NCBI RefSeq assembly: GCF_000150275.1
Contig: NW_002060943.1
Location: 12,494,794-12,529,111, forward strand
Reading direction: 5' to 3'
From: Trichoplax adhaerens
Lineage: Eukaryota > Animalia > Placozoa
Length of the DNA: 34,318 bases
In this document: positions 1 to 11,070 of the stretch, piece after piece
How positions within the stretch are numbered: the stretch's first letter is position 1
Layout of the letters: each line of letters begins with the position of its first letter
Program-made: the position numbers and the translations under genes
Notes under the pieces: model-generated
Databases searched by the model: none
Seen by the model: the letters and a program-made list of their open reading frames with translations, nothing else
Told to the model about the DNA's origin: nothing

Positions 1-1155
1 CATTTTGTGCAACATTCTTAACTAAAACGAAACGTTTATTCTATTTTTGATAATTTTTGATAATTTTGATAAGGTTCAGCAGTAAATAGTTCTTGTCGAT
101 TCTACAGCCCAGATGCAATCTCGTTTCTACTGCAATAAAGTTACTAACTTCATTGAACTCTATATGATATTAATTTGTAATAGCATCACTGTGTGATAAA
201 GCGTCTAACTTTAAGCAAAGACTTCCGTATCTTGAGAATAAATTACATCTTCCACCAAGGACCAGATTAGCTACGACTAACTAACTTCAAAGACGAAATC
301 TCCTGCTTATATGTACATTTAGTTGCAAAGTATCATCAGGATACAGAGATCAACATCTATCTTAGTTAGCCTAGGATTTCGTTACTTGCGTATGTTAAGG
401 TGTTAAGGTTACCTAATACAGCATCTCTAATAACTACTGCAATCTATACTTTTTCTAGTCTTAGTTTTGTAATCGCGTAGAGTTTAGAATGTAAATTTCG
501 CGTAAAGGGACGTATCAGTCTCACAATTACCATTACGGATACTTGTATTTAAATAGTATAGTATTCAAGTATTTGGCAAAGTTGTTTGCTCAGAGCTCAT
601 AGTTGAGCGTGAACGATTAGTAAATTGAATTTCTCTTCAGAGATTATAAGTCCTGTATGGCCAGGTATTAACTTAGGATTTACGTACATTGCGTTATTCT
701 TAGCTCGAGGTTATGGGCAGTTTAGAGAATAGAGAAATAAAGCATTACTATGCTTAACCGAAGATCACCAAGTTGTTGTGAGTCAGTAGGTCGAATATAT
801 CAGCTATCCGAGAGTCGGAGTACCTCGTGAGTTAATCCCAGCTCCATCTCATCACGATATACCAAACTGTAACAATATTATAACTACTAGCACGAATACT
901 CATACCACCTTAGAATCACTGTTTAAGTTATATTGGGGCTGTACTACACACTACTACTACAATAGGTTTGTCATTGAACGATTTTCGCGATCTATTCGAT
1001 CTTATTAGACTAATAGACCGACTTAGAATTGAACAGGGTTGAAACGCCTATACTTTAAGAAATACTTGGTGGACATGTTGTTTACCGACTGCAATACTTC
1101 AGTATGGTGTCGTATTGTGCTGTTAGTGCTGTAATTATAATGAAAAGCAGAATAC

Positions 1156-3912
1156 CTAAAGCAAATATCTAATCAAACACCTTACAAAACGCTCAATGGT
1201 ACCTGCTAACTCATCTTCCTCTTCTTGCTTCTCGTGTTTCTCTTGCTTTTCTTGCTTTTCTTGCTTCTCTTGCTTCTCTTGCTCCTTTTGTTTCTCTTTC
1301 TCCTCTAGCTCCTCTTGATGCCTTTTTTCCCCTTGCTCTTCTTGCTTCTCTTGCTTTTCTCGCTTCTCTTGCTCCTCTAGCTCCTTTTGCTTCTCTTTTT
1401 CCTCTTGCTCCCTTTTTCCCCCTTGCTTCTTTAGCTTCTCCTCTTGCTCTTCTTGCTTCTCATGCTCCTCTTGTTTCTCCTCTTGCTTTTCTTGCTTCTC
1501 TTGTTCCTCTTGTTTCTCTTTGAGTGATTTCTTATTCGTAGAAATAGCTTCTTCACGCTTACCTTCAGCTTGATATACATTTCTTAGATTGTTATATGAC
1601 TTTGCGACATCAGGATGGTTGTGACCCAAAACTGATAATAGAATGTTATAGGATTGCTCGTACATAGAAATAGCTTCTTCATGCTTGCCTTCAGCAAGAT
1701 ATACATTTCCTAGACCGCTATACGACTTTGCCACATCAGGATGATTGCGACCCAAAACTGATAATTGAATCTTAAGGGATTGCTTATACATAGAAATAGC
1801 TTCTGTATGCTTGCTTTGATCGCTATAGACATGACCAATGTTGCAATATGTTATAGCAATACTTGGATGATTGTCGCCAAGTTGTGTCAGTTTAATCTTG
1901 AGTGACTTGTTATACATTGATAGAGCGTCATCATACTTGCCTTGATGATGATAGACATTTGCAATGTTGTGATATGTTGTAGCAATACTTGGATGATTGT
2001 CGCCAAGTTGTGTCAGATTAATCTTGAGCGATTTATTATACATTGATAGAGCGTCATCATACTTGCCTTGATGATTATAGACACTTGCAATGTTGTTATA
2101 TGTATCAGCAATACTTGGATGATTGTCGCCAAGTTGTGTCAGATCAATCTTGAGTGACTTGTTATACATTGATAGAGCGTCATCATACTTGCCTTGAATA
2201 TCATAGACACTTGCAATGTTGTGATATGTATCAGCAATACTCGGATGATTGTCGCCAAGTTGTGTTTGTCGAATCTTGAGTGACTTGTTATACATTGATA
2301 GAGCGTCGTCATACTTGCCTTGATGATCATAGACAAGACCAATATTGTTATATGTTGTAGTAATACTTGGATGATTGTCGCCAAGTTGTGTTAGATTAAT
2401 CTTGAGTGACTTGTTATACATTAATAGAGCGTCATCATACTTGCCTTGATTATCATAGACACTTGCAATGTTGTTATATGTATTAGCAATACTTGGATGA
2501 TTGTTGCCAAGTTGCGTCAGTTTCATTTTGAGAGACTTGTTAAACATTGATAGAGCGTCATCATACTTGCCTTGACGATTATAGACACGACCAATGTTGT
2601 GATATGTTGTAGCAATACTTGGATGATTGTCGCCAAGTTGTGTCAGTTTAATCTTGAGTGACTTGTTATACATTGATAAAGCGTCATCATACTTGCCTTG
2701 ATCATCATAGACAAGACCAATGTTGTGATATGTATCAGCAATACTTGGATGATTGTCGCCAAGTTGTGTCAGTTTAATCTTGAGTGACTTGTTATACATT
2801 GATAGAGCGTCATCATACTTGCCTTGATCTTTATAGACATTTCCAATGTTGTGATATGTATCAGCAATACTTGGATGATTGTCGCCAAGTTGTGTCAGAT
2901 CAATCTTGAGTGACTTGTTATACATTGATAAAGCGTCATCATACTTGCCTTGATGATAATAGACACTTGCAATGTTGTGATATGTATTAGCAATACTTGG
3001 ATGATTGTCGCCAAGTTGTATCAGTTTAATCTTGAGTGACTTGTTATACATTGATAGAGCGTCATCATACTTGCCTTGATTATCATAGACATTTGCAATG
3101 TTGTTATATGTATCAGCAATACTTGGATGATTGTCGCCAAGTTGTGTCAGATCAATCTTGAGTGACTTGTTATACATTGATAAAGCGTCATCATACTTGC
3201 CTTGATCATCATAGACACTTGCAATATTGTGATATGTATCAGCAATACTTGGATGATTGTCGCCAAGTTGTGTTAGATTAATCTTGAGTGATTTGTTATA
3301 CATTGATAGAGCGTCATCATACTTGCCTAGGTCTTGATAGGCTTGTCCAATGCTGTTATATAATACAGCCATACTTGGATCGTTATTTTCAAGAATTTTC
3401 AGTTTAATCCTTAATGATTTATTGTATTCCTTTAAAGCCTCGTCACGCTTGCCTTGATTCTGATAGACCAAGCCAATGTTCTGATAGGACTTACAGACAC
3501 TAAGATGTTCACTCCCTAACGATTTTAATTTTATTTGAAGTGATTTGTTGTAATCACTCAAAGCACCCATAAAATCACTTTGAAGTCGTTTACAGTCGCC
3601 CTGGATATCGAAACAATAAGAAATCTTGACCTCTTCTAGTTTCTTAGCTAACTTTTCTGCTTTTCCACTGTATTCATTGGCTTCTATCAATTGATATTTT
3701 TCCAGGTAAGATTGAGCCATAGCGAGATAAATAGAATATTTAAGTTGACGACGACTATCACTACTCTCCGCTATCGATTTGATTCGAGTTACAGCTTTCT
3801 GAAAATAAAATAATGCGTCTCCATAATTGCCTTCGCCATGATATTTCACGCCCTTTTTGCGTATAGATTCAATCTCGTCAAATATCGTAGAATTGCTAGT
3901 CTGATTGGCCAT
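1156..3912 (-). CDS. 42-residue TPR-repeat protein (kinesin-light-chain/NPHP3-like TPR type): N-terminal helical cap, ~15-17 TPRs, Q/E/K-rich C-terminal stalk
   Basis: Uninterrupted 918-aa ORF with the 42-aa unit IAxTYxNIxxVYxxQGKYDDALSMYNKSLKIxLTQLGDNHPS repeated in tandem. The true C-terminus may extend to ~1082 (see findings). Confidence 0.93.
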   Translation of the reverse strand: MANQTSNSTIFDEIESIRKKGVKYHGEGNYGDALFYFQKAVTRIKSIAESSDSRRQLKYSIYLAMAQSYLEKYQLIEANEYSGKAEKLAKKLEEVKISYCFDIQGDCKRLQSDFMGALSDYNKSLQIKLKSLGSEHLSVCKSYQNIGLVYQNQGKRDEALKEYNKSLRIKLKILENNDPSMAVLYNSIGQAYQDLGKYDDALSMYNKSLKINLTQLGDNHPSIADTYHNIASVYDDQGKYDDALSMYNKSLKIDLTQLGDNHPSIADTYNNIANVYDNQGKYDDALSMYNKSLKIKLIQLGDNHPSIANTYHNIASVYYHQGKYDDALSMYNKSLKIDLTQLGDNHPSIADTYHNIGNVYKDQGKYDDALSMYNKSLKIKLTQLGDNHPSIADTYHNIGLVYDDQGKYDDALSMYNKSLKIKLTQLGDNHPSIATTYHNIGRVYNRQGKYDDALSMFNKSLKMKLTQLGNNHPSIANTYNNIASVYDNQGKYDDALLMYNKSLKINLTQLGDNHPSITTTYNNIGLVYDHQGKYDDALSMYNKSLKIRQTQLGDNHPSIADTYHNIASVYDIQGKYDDALSMYNKSLKIDLTQLGDNHPSIADTYNNIASVYNHQGKYDDALSMYNKSLKINLTQLGDNHPSIATTYHNIANVYHHQGKYDDALSMYNKSLKIKLTQLGDNHPSIAITYCNIGHVYSDQSKHTEAISMYKQSLKIQLSVLGRNHPDVAKSYSGLGNVYLAEGKHEEAISMYEQSYNILLSVLGHNHPDVAKSYNNLRNVYQAEGKREEAISTNKKSLKEKQEEQEKQEKQEEKQEEHEKQEEQEEKLKKQGGKREQEEKEKQKELEEQEKREKQEKQEEQGEKRHQEELEEKEKQKEQEKQEKQEKQEKQEKHEKQEEEDELAGTIERFVRCLIRYLL
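1215..1520 (-). repeat. Low-complexity 9-nt-based coding repeat (CAAGAGAAG / CAAGAAAAG, encoding QEK/QEE), predicted coiled-coil or single-helix stalk
   Basis: The + strand is (ttcttgctt/ctcttgctc)n and the protein reads ...QEKQEKQEEKQEEHEKQEE... Confidence 0.9.
1860..3330 (-). repeat. Coding tandem array of 126-bp units (12 GKYDDAL blocks, ~11 complete near-identical units)
   Basis: The + strand motif gcgtcatcatacttgcc recurs every 126 nt, and synonymous sites are almost invariant. Confidence 0.97.
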
Positions 3913-5910
3913 ATTTTACTTTTCAACAACAATCAAAATATACGATTTGAGAAAAATAGTCACAATTTGTCTACTCGATAGGGTTAACAATTTTGATCGC
4001 TGTACAAATGAGTGATGAAATACGTAAAGAGCACACTATCATGGATGCTCGATGCTTTCAAATCAAGATCAGCATTACAAAGTCGTATTTCAGTTATTCT
4101 CTATCTGAAGTGGAAATAGTTGCCATTTCAGAGAATGACATAAATGTCTTTAGTAGCGAACAGATACTTTATTATAGTATGTAATTCGCGTAAGAGTGCG
4201 GTAGTTACTAGGAAGCAGCGTGCAAGCTGTGATGAAATAATATGAGAACCACTAACACTGTAACTATTATAGCTAACGCAAACTGAGGTAGAAATCGGTA
4301 GCATTTACAGCTTTGAAGATAGAAAATATACCATACTAGTCTATGAAAATAGAAGAGAATGCAATTTGCCTATTAAAGTACAAACACAAAATCTTAATTT
4401 AAATCGGTAGAATTATCCGCAAAATGCTGTATCGTAGGTTGATTTTTGATTATTTTCCATCCAAACAGTATTGACTTAATAGTTGTTTGCAATCGTACTT
4501 AAAGTCTTCGATTCATGTATAACATTTATTCCTTAATGTGGATTGAATATGAATAGTCTAACAGATTTTCATTACCTTCCAACTGAAGCTGAGGAAAACT
4601 TGAACAATAACTTGATTTAAGCTTAACTTATTGTAAAGGTAGCTGCGGATAATTATCGATATAACCGAACAGATAATAGTGATTGTTAAGTGTACTTTGT
4701 CCTAGTACAACAAATCGCATAATTACTACTTGCTTCTGTTAATACTGTATAATGTACAAGCTGCTAGAGACAATGTAGTAACCACATGGTGGTTAGCAAG
4801 ATCTTGTCAAATAAACAGACTATTTACAATGTATACGGTATGTCTTCTGTGCAATAAAACTGCTGTTAGGTGAGCACATACTATTATCGGATAAATATTC
4901 AATCTATTGCATCTTTCATAATATTGTCGCAATCAGTCAATCTTACTACATTTTATATTAGAAACCTTTTTTATTAAATATAATTCAGCTCTAGCATTAC
5001 TGTAATACGTGTTGTCAACGCTAAATTTATACATTAACAAGCAGTTTTAATCATACTGCCAATGGCAACAAAATCTTGCTGAAAAACGTGATACATCGAT
5101 GATCTAGTATTGATTAGCGAAGCAGCCATAACAAAATAAAGCATCCTATTCAACATTTGAAAGAAATCCTGTATTTAGTACGAAAGAAATCTATCTAATA
5201 CAGATACCAAAGTTTATCCCAGATTTATAATTATTGGATTATCATAGGAATATAGTTTCTTATTCATGTACGTATCTCTTGTAATTGTAGAAATGTTTGC
5301 ATAACACAAAGCAATTGATTACTATGCAACATTGACATTGTCTCAAAATAAGATGAAAAAAACGCAGTATTACTAGATAAAGCCACTTAATCTAGCAAAA
5401 GGCAATTTCGAATAGTTTATGTAAATATTGCATATCAACATTTCGTTGTTTCTATTTTACACTACGGATTATAAGGTAAAAGTGTATAACCGTAAGAGCC
5501 AAAATAACTTGAGCAATCGATGCTGCTTGTCACAGCGACATATCTTAAATGAAATTAAAAAATTTTAAAATAGAAGCAAGTGTTATAGTTCATCCTTCAA
5601 TATAGTAAAATGGCACCGTAAAAGCCATGACTGAAATAAACGATAAGAAAGTAGCTATAGCACACATCTTGTCAGTTTATTAACAGACCTGCTGTAGTAA
5701 AAAAATAAAATATTCTCATATTGTCAACAATATCGGTAGAACGAATATAGGATTACTGTCGGTAAATTACGTAGAGACATGTTAAATCTTGATTGCTAAC
5801 ACAAGATAACTATCAAATCACGTAATGTTGATCCTTTCAAATAGCTAATTGTTAGAAGCGGCTGATTCGTTGACTTTTGCTATCCTAAATTGATTTTTCA
5901 ACTATAAATA

Positions 5911-7010
5911 TTAATACCATCTTTCAGGTGTGCCAATAAGGCCACTTCGTTGGGGATTCGTAAACTTATACGTAATAATATAAAATACAAGCGGTAGAGG
6001 AATTAATCCTAACAGCACTTGAGCTGCAATAGGTGGGTTTTTTAGTCCATTGGTTGCAGCAGCAACGCCTATGGCAAGAGCCAGCCAGTGCATCAGAGTA
6101 ATGATGGTTAATCGCTTACTTTTGATAACATCCAGACCAGAAAGACTAGAAATAATGGGAATAAATTAAACAAGATCTGTTATAATCTTATGAACGATTA
6201 CCTATCGATATAGTATAATTAAATTATTTTGGATATTTCATTTTACAATCAGAGAAACGATCATCCTTTTACTGCGTCCATGCTATTAAAGGTTACTAAT
6301 GGTACGCTATGTTATTTTCATTCTGTTTTAAATGATTTCTACTTTCTCGATACTTACGCTGACGTTATTGCCAGCTAAGGTATAAGCAGTTGTAAGCGTT
6401 GCTGTTACTATTACAATGTATGGAAAACCAAAATCTAGGATATCAATGATAGTTTCATTAGCAACGTTGATAAGACAGTAGAAAACACATAGACGTTCAA
6501 TAAACCAATCCCCGAAGCAATTGACTTACAAAGTACTCCACCTAGAACGGCTTGTGTAACGATTAAGATAGGAAAAAAATACAGTGCAGCATAGATAGAC
6601 TTTTTCATGCCCAAAATATTGAATTTTGAGGCAATCATTGTTCTAGCAACGGCCATCAAGATTAAAGCGATGAAATAATATTTTAGTACGATACTATACC
6701 TATAAGTGTGAACACAAAAGCTATTCAAGATGAAATCAGTTAATGTGTACAATTCATTGGATGGAGATACAAGATGATCATTAAAATTGACTGGTGTTAA
6801 GCTCAGGCTATTCACAGCCAATATATCTATATTGACAGATTATATTATATGTCTACTTACAATGGACAAATAGCTTCAGCTGCACAATGAATGGTAATTT
6901 TGTAATCGATTGTGGGATTATAAAATATTGTATACTAGTCTGATAATTCTTTAACGCCACAACCTTCTAATGTTATGCTACCTATATTCCATGGCGAAAA
7001 GGAATGCGCT
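5911..7010 (-). pseudogene. JKAMP: Unprocessed, 5'-truncated pseudogene of JNK1/MAPK8-associated membrane protein (JKAMP/JAMP)
   Basis: Spliced exons (~7010-6861, 6700-6530, 6434-6358, 6145-5911) give GCGVKELSD*YTIFYNPTIDYKITIHCAAEAICPLYSIV...KSIYAALYFFPILIVTQAVLGGVLYFGFPYIV...HWL...LIPLPLVFYIITYKFTNP. This matches recalled JKAMP motifs (LSDWYTMLYNP, KSIYAALYFFPIL, KFTEP). The conserved Trp codon is TAG (6935-6937), there is a 4-nt insertion frameshift near 6135, and no N-terminal exons were found. Confidence 0.85.
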
Positions 7011-8006
7011 AGTCAGTCTCAAACGCCAACGAGAGAAATAGTTCTAGCTTGTATCAATTGATCTTAATTGAGTAATCCTATCTCACTTTTGAGCAAATGT
7101 ACCTTTGCACGTAATCTGCTAATGTTTCTACAGATTGCTTAGGACTAATATAAGATTTATTCGTACTTAGCTACTCGCTTATATACATTTCCGCGTTAAC
7201 AATCTTAACTCCTTACTTACTACACACTTCAGTATTAACATCTCAAATACAGGATAGTTTACACCTTTTATGTGAAGCTCTAGTGTGAGCACTGCAGCAC
7301 TCCTCTTTAAAAGGATACAGTTACTAAGCTAGCTATATTTATTAACGAAGGTAAAAAATTCGAACGCAGAAGGTAACTTATACTCTACGGAGATCTTAGC
7401 GTCAATAGGAACTGCAGAAAGTGAGTGTTCAACTTGAGCGCATAAGATAATGAGGTTTTCTATAATACTTGTAATGTGGGTACAGCGAAAATTATATACT
7501 ATACAGACTGCGGCTGCCTATGCATATAACGTGGCCTCTTCTTTTATATTAATAAACTTGCATAGTTATCTTTTAATTGGTTAATTTTCCCTTAATTTGA
7601 ACATGATGGATAATTAATGCATACTTATTAATCAGGATTTAATCCCCGAAACTGAAATATGAGTCAAAACAGAGCAGGAATCCTCCGTTAATCAGCAGCA
7701 GGCAGTTAAGATTGTGCACCTTGCAAATGCCAATTACGAAACTCATTACTCCAATAAGGCTATTAATCGATCCATATATCGTCAATAGGTTGCTATTTCC
7801 TTATTCTAGAAGAGTAATTGTGCCAATAAGCGTAATCTGGGCTGACAAGAAACTTTGAATTCATTGAACTACTAGAAGGACTGAATCTTTCAAATTAGAA
7901 CAGTTAGAGTGGTTTTATTTAAAGAAGAGTTATAAAATTGAAATTGTAGAATTGAGAATCTACTTATCGTATCGACTCCAGATTTTGTTGTTTTATCATC
8001 TGAGAA

Positions 8007-9110
8007 ATGCACGCTATAAAAAGGCTATTGGACATATTTAATCGGAAAAGCAAGAGTACCGAACAGGATACGTCTAATTTGATTGATGATTCAATCCTTG
8101 CTCAACAGGCTCAATTACTATATGAAGATGATCTGAAAAGTGGAGAGGAACGCCTTGCCCCGAATATTGAAGAAATGGTAGTTTTATCCCATATTTCTTT
8201 TGATTATGAGAAGTTATGTGATATTTATCTACGCGTTTCCTACATGCATATTCAACGCAAAGAATTCACTAAGGCTGATCAATGGTGTAGCAAAGCCTAT
8301 GAGTGGGCTAATACATATAACGTATTGAATAATCTTACGCTAACTCGTTGTATAAAGAGAAGAGGCGATATAAAAAGACTGGAAGGTGATTTAAGTCGTG
8401 CACTGGAAAATTATTCCCAATCATTAGAAGTCAAAAATAAGGCGTACGACATTGATAATGAAGAGACTATTAATTCAGCGCGAATTATTGGACATATTTA
8501 TTATCTTCAGGGCAAGTATGATAAGGCTCTTGCACAGTATTCTATGATAATTGAAAACAGATCATTGTGGCTTAAAAATGAACGTGATGAAATTATTACT
8601 AAAGATTTTGCCTCAGCGGGATTTGCATGTATTAAGCTCGGAAAGTTTAGTAGCGCGCTTGAAAATTTTCAACGCTCTCTCCATTTAAGCCTTATGATCG
8701 ATAGAGAAGACTTAGCTGCTGTATCCTATAATCACATTGCAAGTACTTATGATGATCAAGGCGAGTATAGTAAAGCTATTGACAGTTATAACGAATTACT
8801 GATCTCGTCCAAACTTGATGATAATCATCCAATTTTTGGTGAAACGTATAACAACATGGCAATTGTCCACTGCCATCAAGGAAACTTCGATCAGGCTTCT
8901 ACTTTAATTAGCAAAGCGCTTGAAATTTCTCTACCGAAATTGGATAAGCATCATCCCCATATCGCTTTGGTGAAAAAAAATTTAGCTCTCATTGTGTCTT
9001 ATCAACAATCACAGGATCATTCAGCAAATAAAAGCAGCGATATTGCTATTCATGATTTGGCAAAAATTTTGCAAAATAACCCTGAAAATTATCGAACTTC
9101 ATTGCAGTAG
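8007..9110 (+). CDS. Single-exon TPR protein (367 aa) with diverged 42-aa-type repeats
   Basis: Intact ORF with TPR motifs such as SYNHIASTYDDQGEYSKA and DNHPIFGETYNNMAIVHCHQG. It shares the C-x3-GDIKRL cap motif with the other TPR loci. Confidence 0.85.
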   Translation: MHAIKRLLDIFNRKSKSTEQDTSNLIDDSILAQQAQLLYEDDLKSGEERLAPNIEEMVVLSHISFDYEKLCDIYLRVSYMHIQRKEFTKADQWCSKAYEWANTYNVLNNLTLTRCIKRRGDIKRLEGDLSRALENYSQSLEVKNKAYDIDNEETINSARIIGHIYYLQGKYDKALAQYSMIIENRSLWLKNERDEIITKDFASAGFACIKLGKFSSALENFQRSLHLSLMIDREDLAAVSYNHIASTYDDQGEYSKAIDSYNELLISSKLDDNHPIFGETYNNMAIVHCHQGNFDQASTLISKALEISLPKLDKHHPHIALVKKNLALIVSYQQSQDHSANKSSDIAIHDLAKILQNNPENYRTSLQ

Positions 9111-10729
9111 TTATCTTGATGATACCGATAAAATTAAAATAATTTAACAAGGGCTATGAAAGCTGTAATTTAGTTCAAATTACTCATGATACTCAAAGAG
9201 TATAGCATACTAGGTTAGTATACCAGTACTGTGATATCGAGATATGCTGCGATTTACTTCTGAGCTTATCTGCAATCAAGTTTTATGATGGAGTTCTTCT
9301 TCATAGAGAATCAGACTATAGTTAATAACAGTCTGAATAAACTAAGAATGCTAGATTAATCTTCGCCATGGTAACTAATTTATTTTACTGATTACAAAAG
9401 AGGTGACATTGTCAAAGTATACGATATGAACTTGACTGGCTTACCTAATAATCATTTCTTGTTGTTAGTCCATCGATTTAACTGGGCACTGCATACTGCA
9501 CATGTCTAAAATTCAACGGTATGGACGCTAATATTTGCTAATTTAGATACTATGCATGTTTAGTGCACTTATAGGGGTCTATTTAGAATAATCTTGCTGG
9601 CTCAGTTTAGGAAGATTCATAAGATATCATCGATTAGTGTTGGGGTTATAGCTTATAATACTTTAATTCGAATCACGTTTTAGAGTAACGTAAAATTACG
9701 GTGCTACAGTTATAAAGCCATAAATGCTTCCAAAGTATATTTAATTAACGTATCGTGATTTTGATAATTTTGTTTGAATGTGCCATAATAAAGTAATAAA
9801 GAAGGTTAAAGTTTTCGATCTCTTTTTTAATTTGAGTTGGAGAAAAAAATGTAGCACTCTTACAATTATTCCATACAAATACGTGAGCTGAATGCAAGAT
9901 TTAGGCGACTAATCTTACCAGTCCTTAACTGTTTATTTATTGACTTCTTCCATGGCTATCCAATAATAGTGCCATAAATTCTGATTTTAATAAAGCTTGT
10001 AACTAGTAAACTAGCCTATCCATACAGAGATGCAGATTAAAAGAGTTCTTCTAACAGGTACAGTGTCCTTAAATTGTTTAAAATTTATTATTATATTCAA
10101 TTTAGTAAAGTAAAGAAATGTCATACTGAGAATTTTGCATGAAAAGTTAAATTAAAAGTTTGTTAAAATTTAGTAGCTTGATCCCTATATTTTATATTTC
10201 ATAGCATAAGCATGCTAGGTGAACTAATGGATATTTAATTATGATAACTTTGCTAGCTCAATTTAGGAGGATTCACAAGGTATAATCGACCAGAATTGAT
10301 GTTATTAGTCGCAATAGTTTAATTAACATTATATTACAGTAGTATAGAATTATAATTCTAAAGTTGCGGTGCCACTAAAGCTCTCCAAAAGTATATAGTG
10401 TTTAAGGAGGTATAATTTTGATAATTTTGGATAAACGTATTATTGGAAAAGCGTATAAGCAGTGATGCTAAATCAATTATCAATCTGCTGATATAATCTA
10501 TTGATAAATCTAATATTGGCAGCTAATTAGAGGGATTGGTTAATTTATGTTAGATTGAATACTACGATATTATGGCCTGATCTGGTCTCATTATACATCT
10601 ATCGTTTATCCGATACTAATATGGAACACATTAATATTAATTCTGCACAAAAGTTTCAGTAGCTTCGTACATGAAACGCATGTTTGATCAGTTTTATCTT
10701 TTTCCTACTCTAAAATTTTTTGCTGATTT

Positions 10730-11070
10730 AGGAGAAATAGTTTTTATCAAAGTGTAATGTAATGAAATGAAATATGTAGAGATCAAGCTACGAAACTTTA
10801 ACAAACTTTGATTCTACTTTCGTTGCACTCCGGTCGACTTAACGCTAATACTTTGACACTAAATAAAATTTGGGGAAATAACCGAACAACAATTTATTTC
10901 AAAACAAAAATGGAGAGAAGTATAAACCGAACAACCTTACAAATACTTAGCTTTAAGTATTATTAAAATAAATGACAGACTTAAAAACTGTCAACGACCA
11001 AACAACCTTTCAAAAAGAAGAACGTTTTAACTTACGACAATTCGACCCCGAAGGCCTTTTAAATTCAACA
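10730..11070 (+). other. Possible highly degenerate GIY-YIG endonuclease relic
   Basis: Frame-shifted fragments occur in the expected order: G..VFI....NEMKYV(G)SS, then GK*PNNNLFQ..(W).KYKPNN, then FQKEERFNLRQFDPEGLLN. Several stops and frameshifts must be tolerated. Confidence 0.3.

Noticed and set aside
2139-2384. 81-aa alternative-frame ORF
   Set aside because: It is a by-product of the 126-bp repeat within the TPR gene.
6435-6821. Independent 128-aa membrane protein
   Set aside because: It is one JKAMP exon read through into flanking introns.
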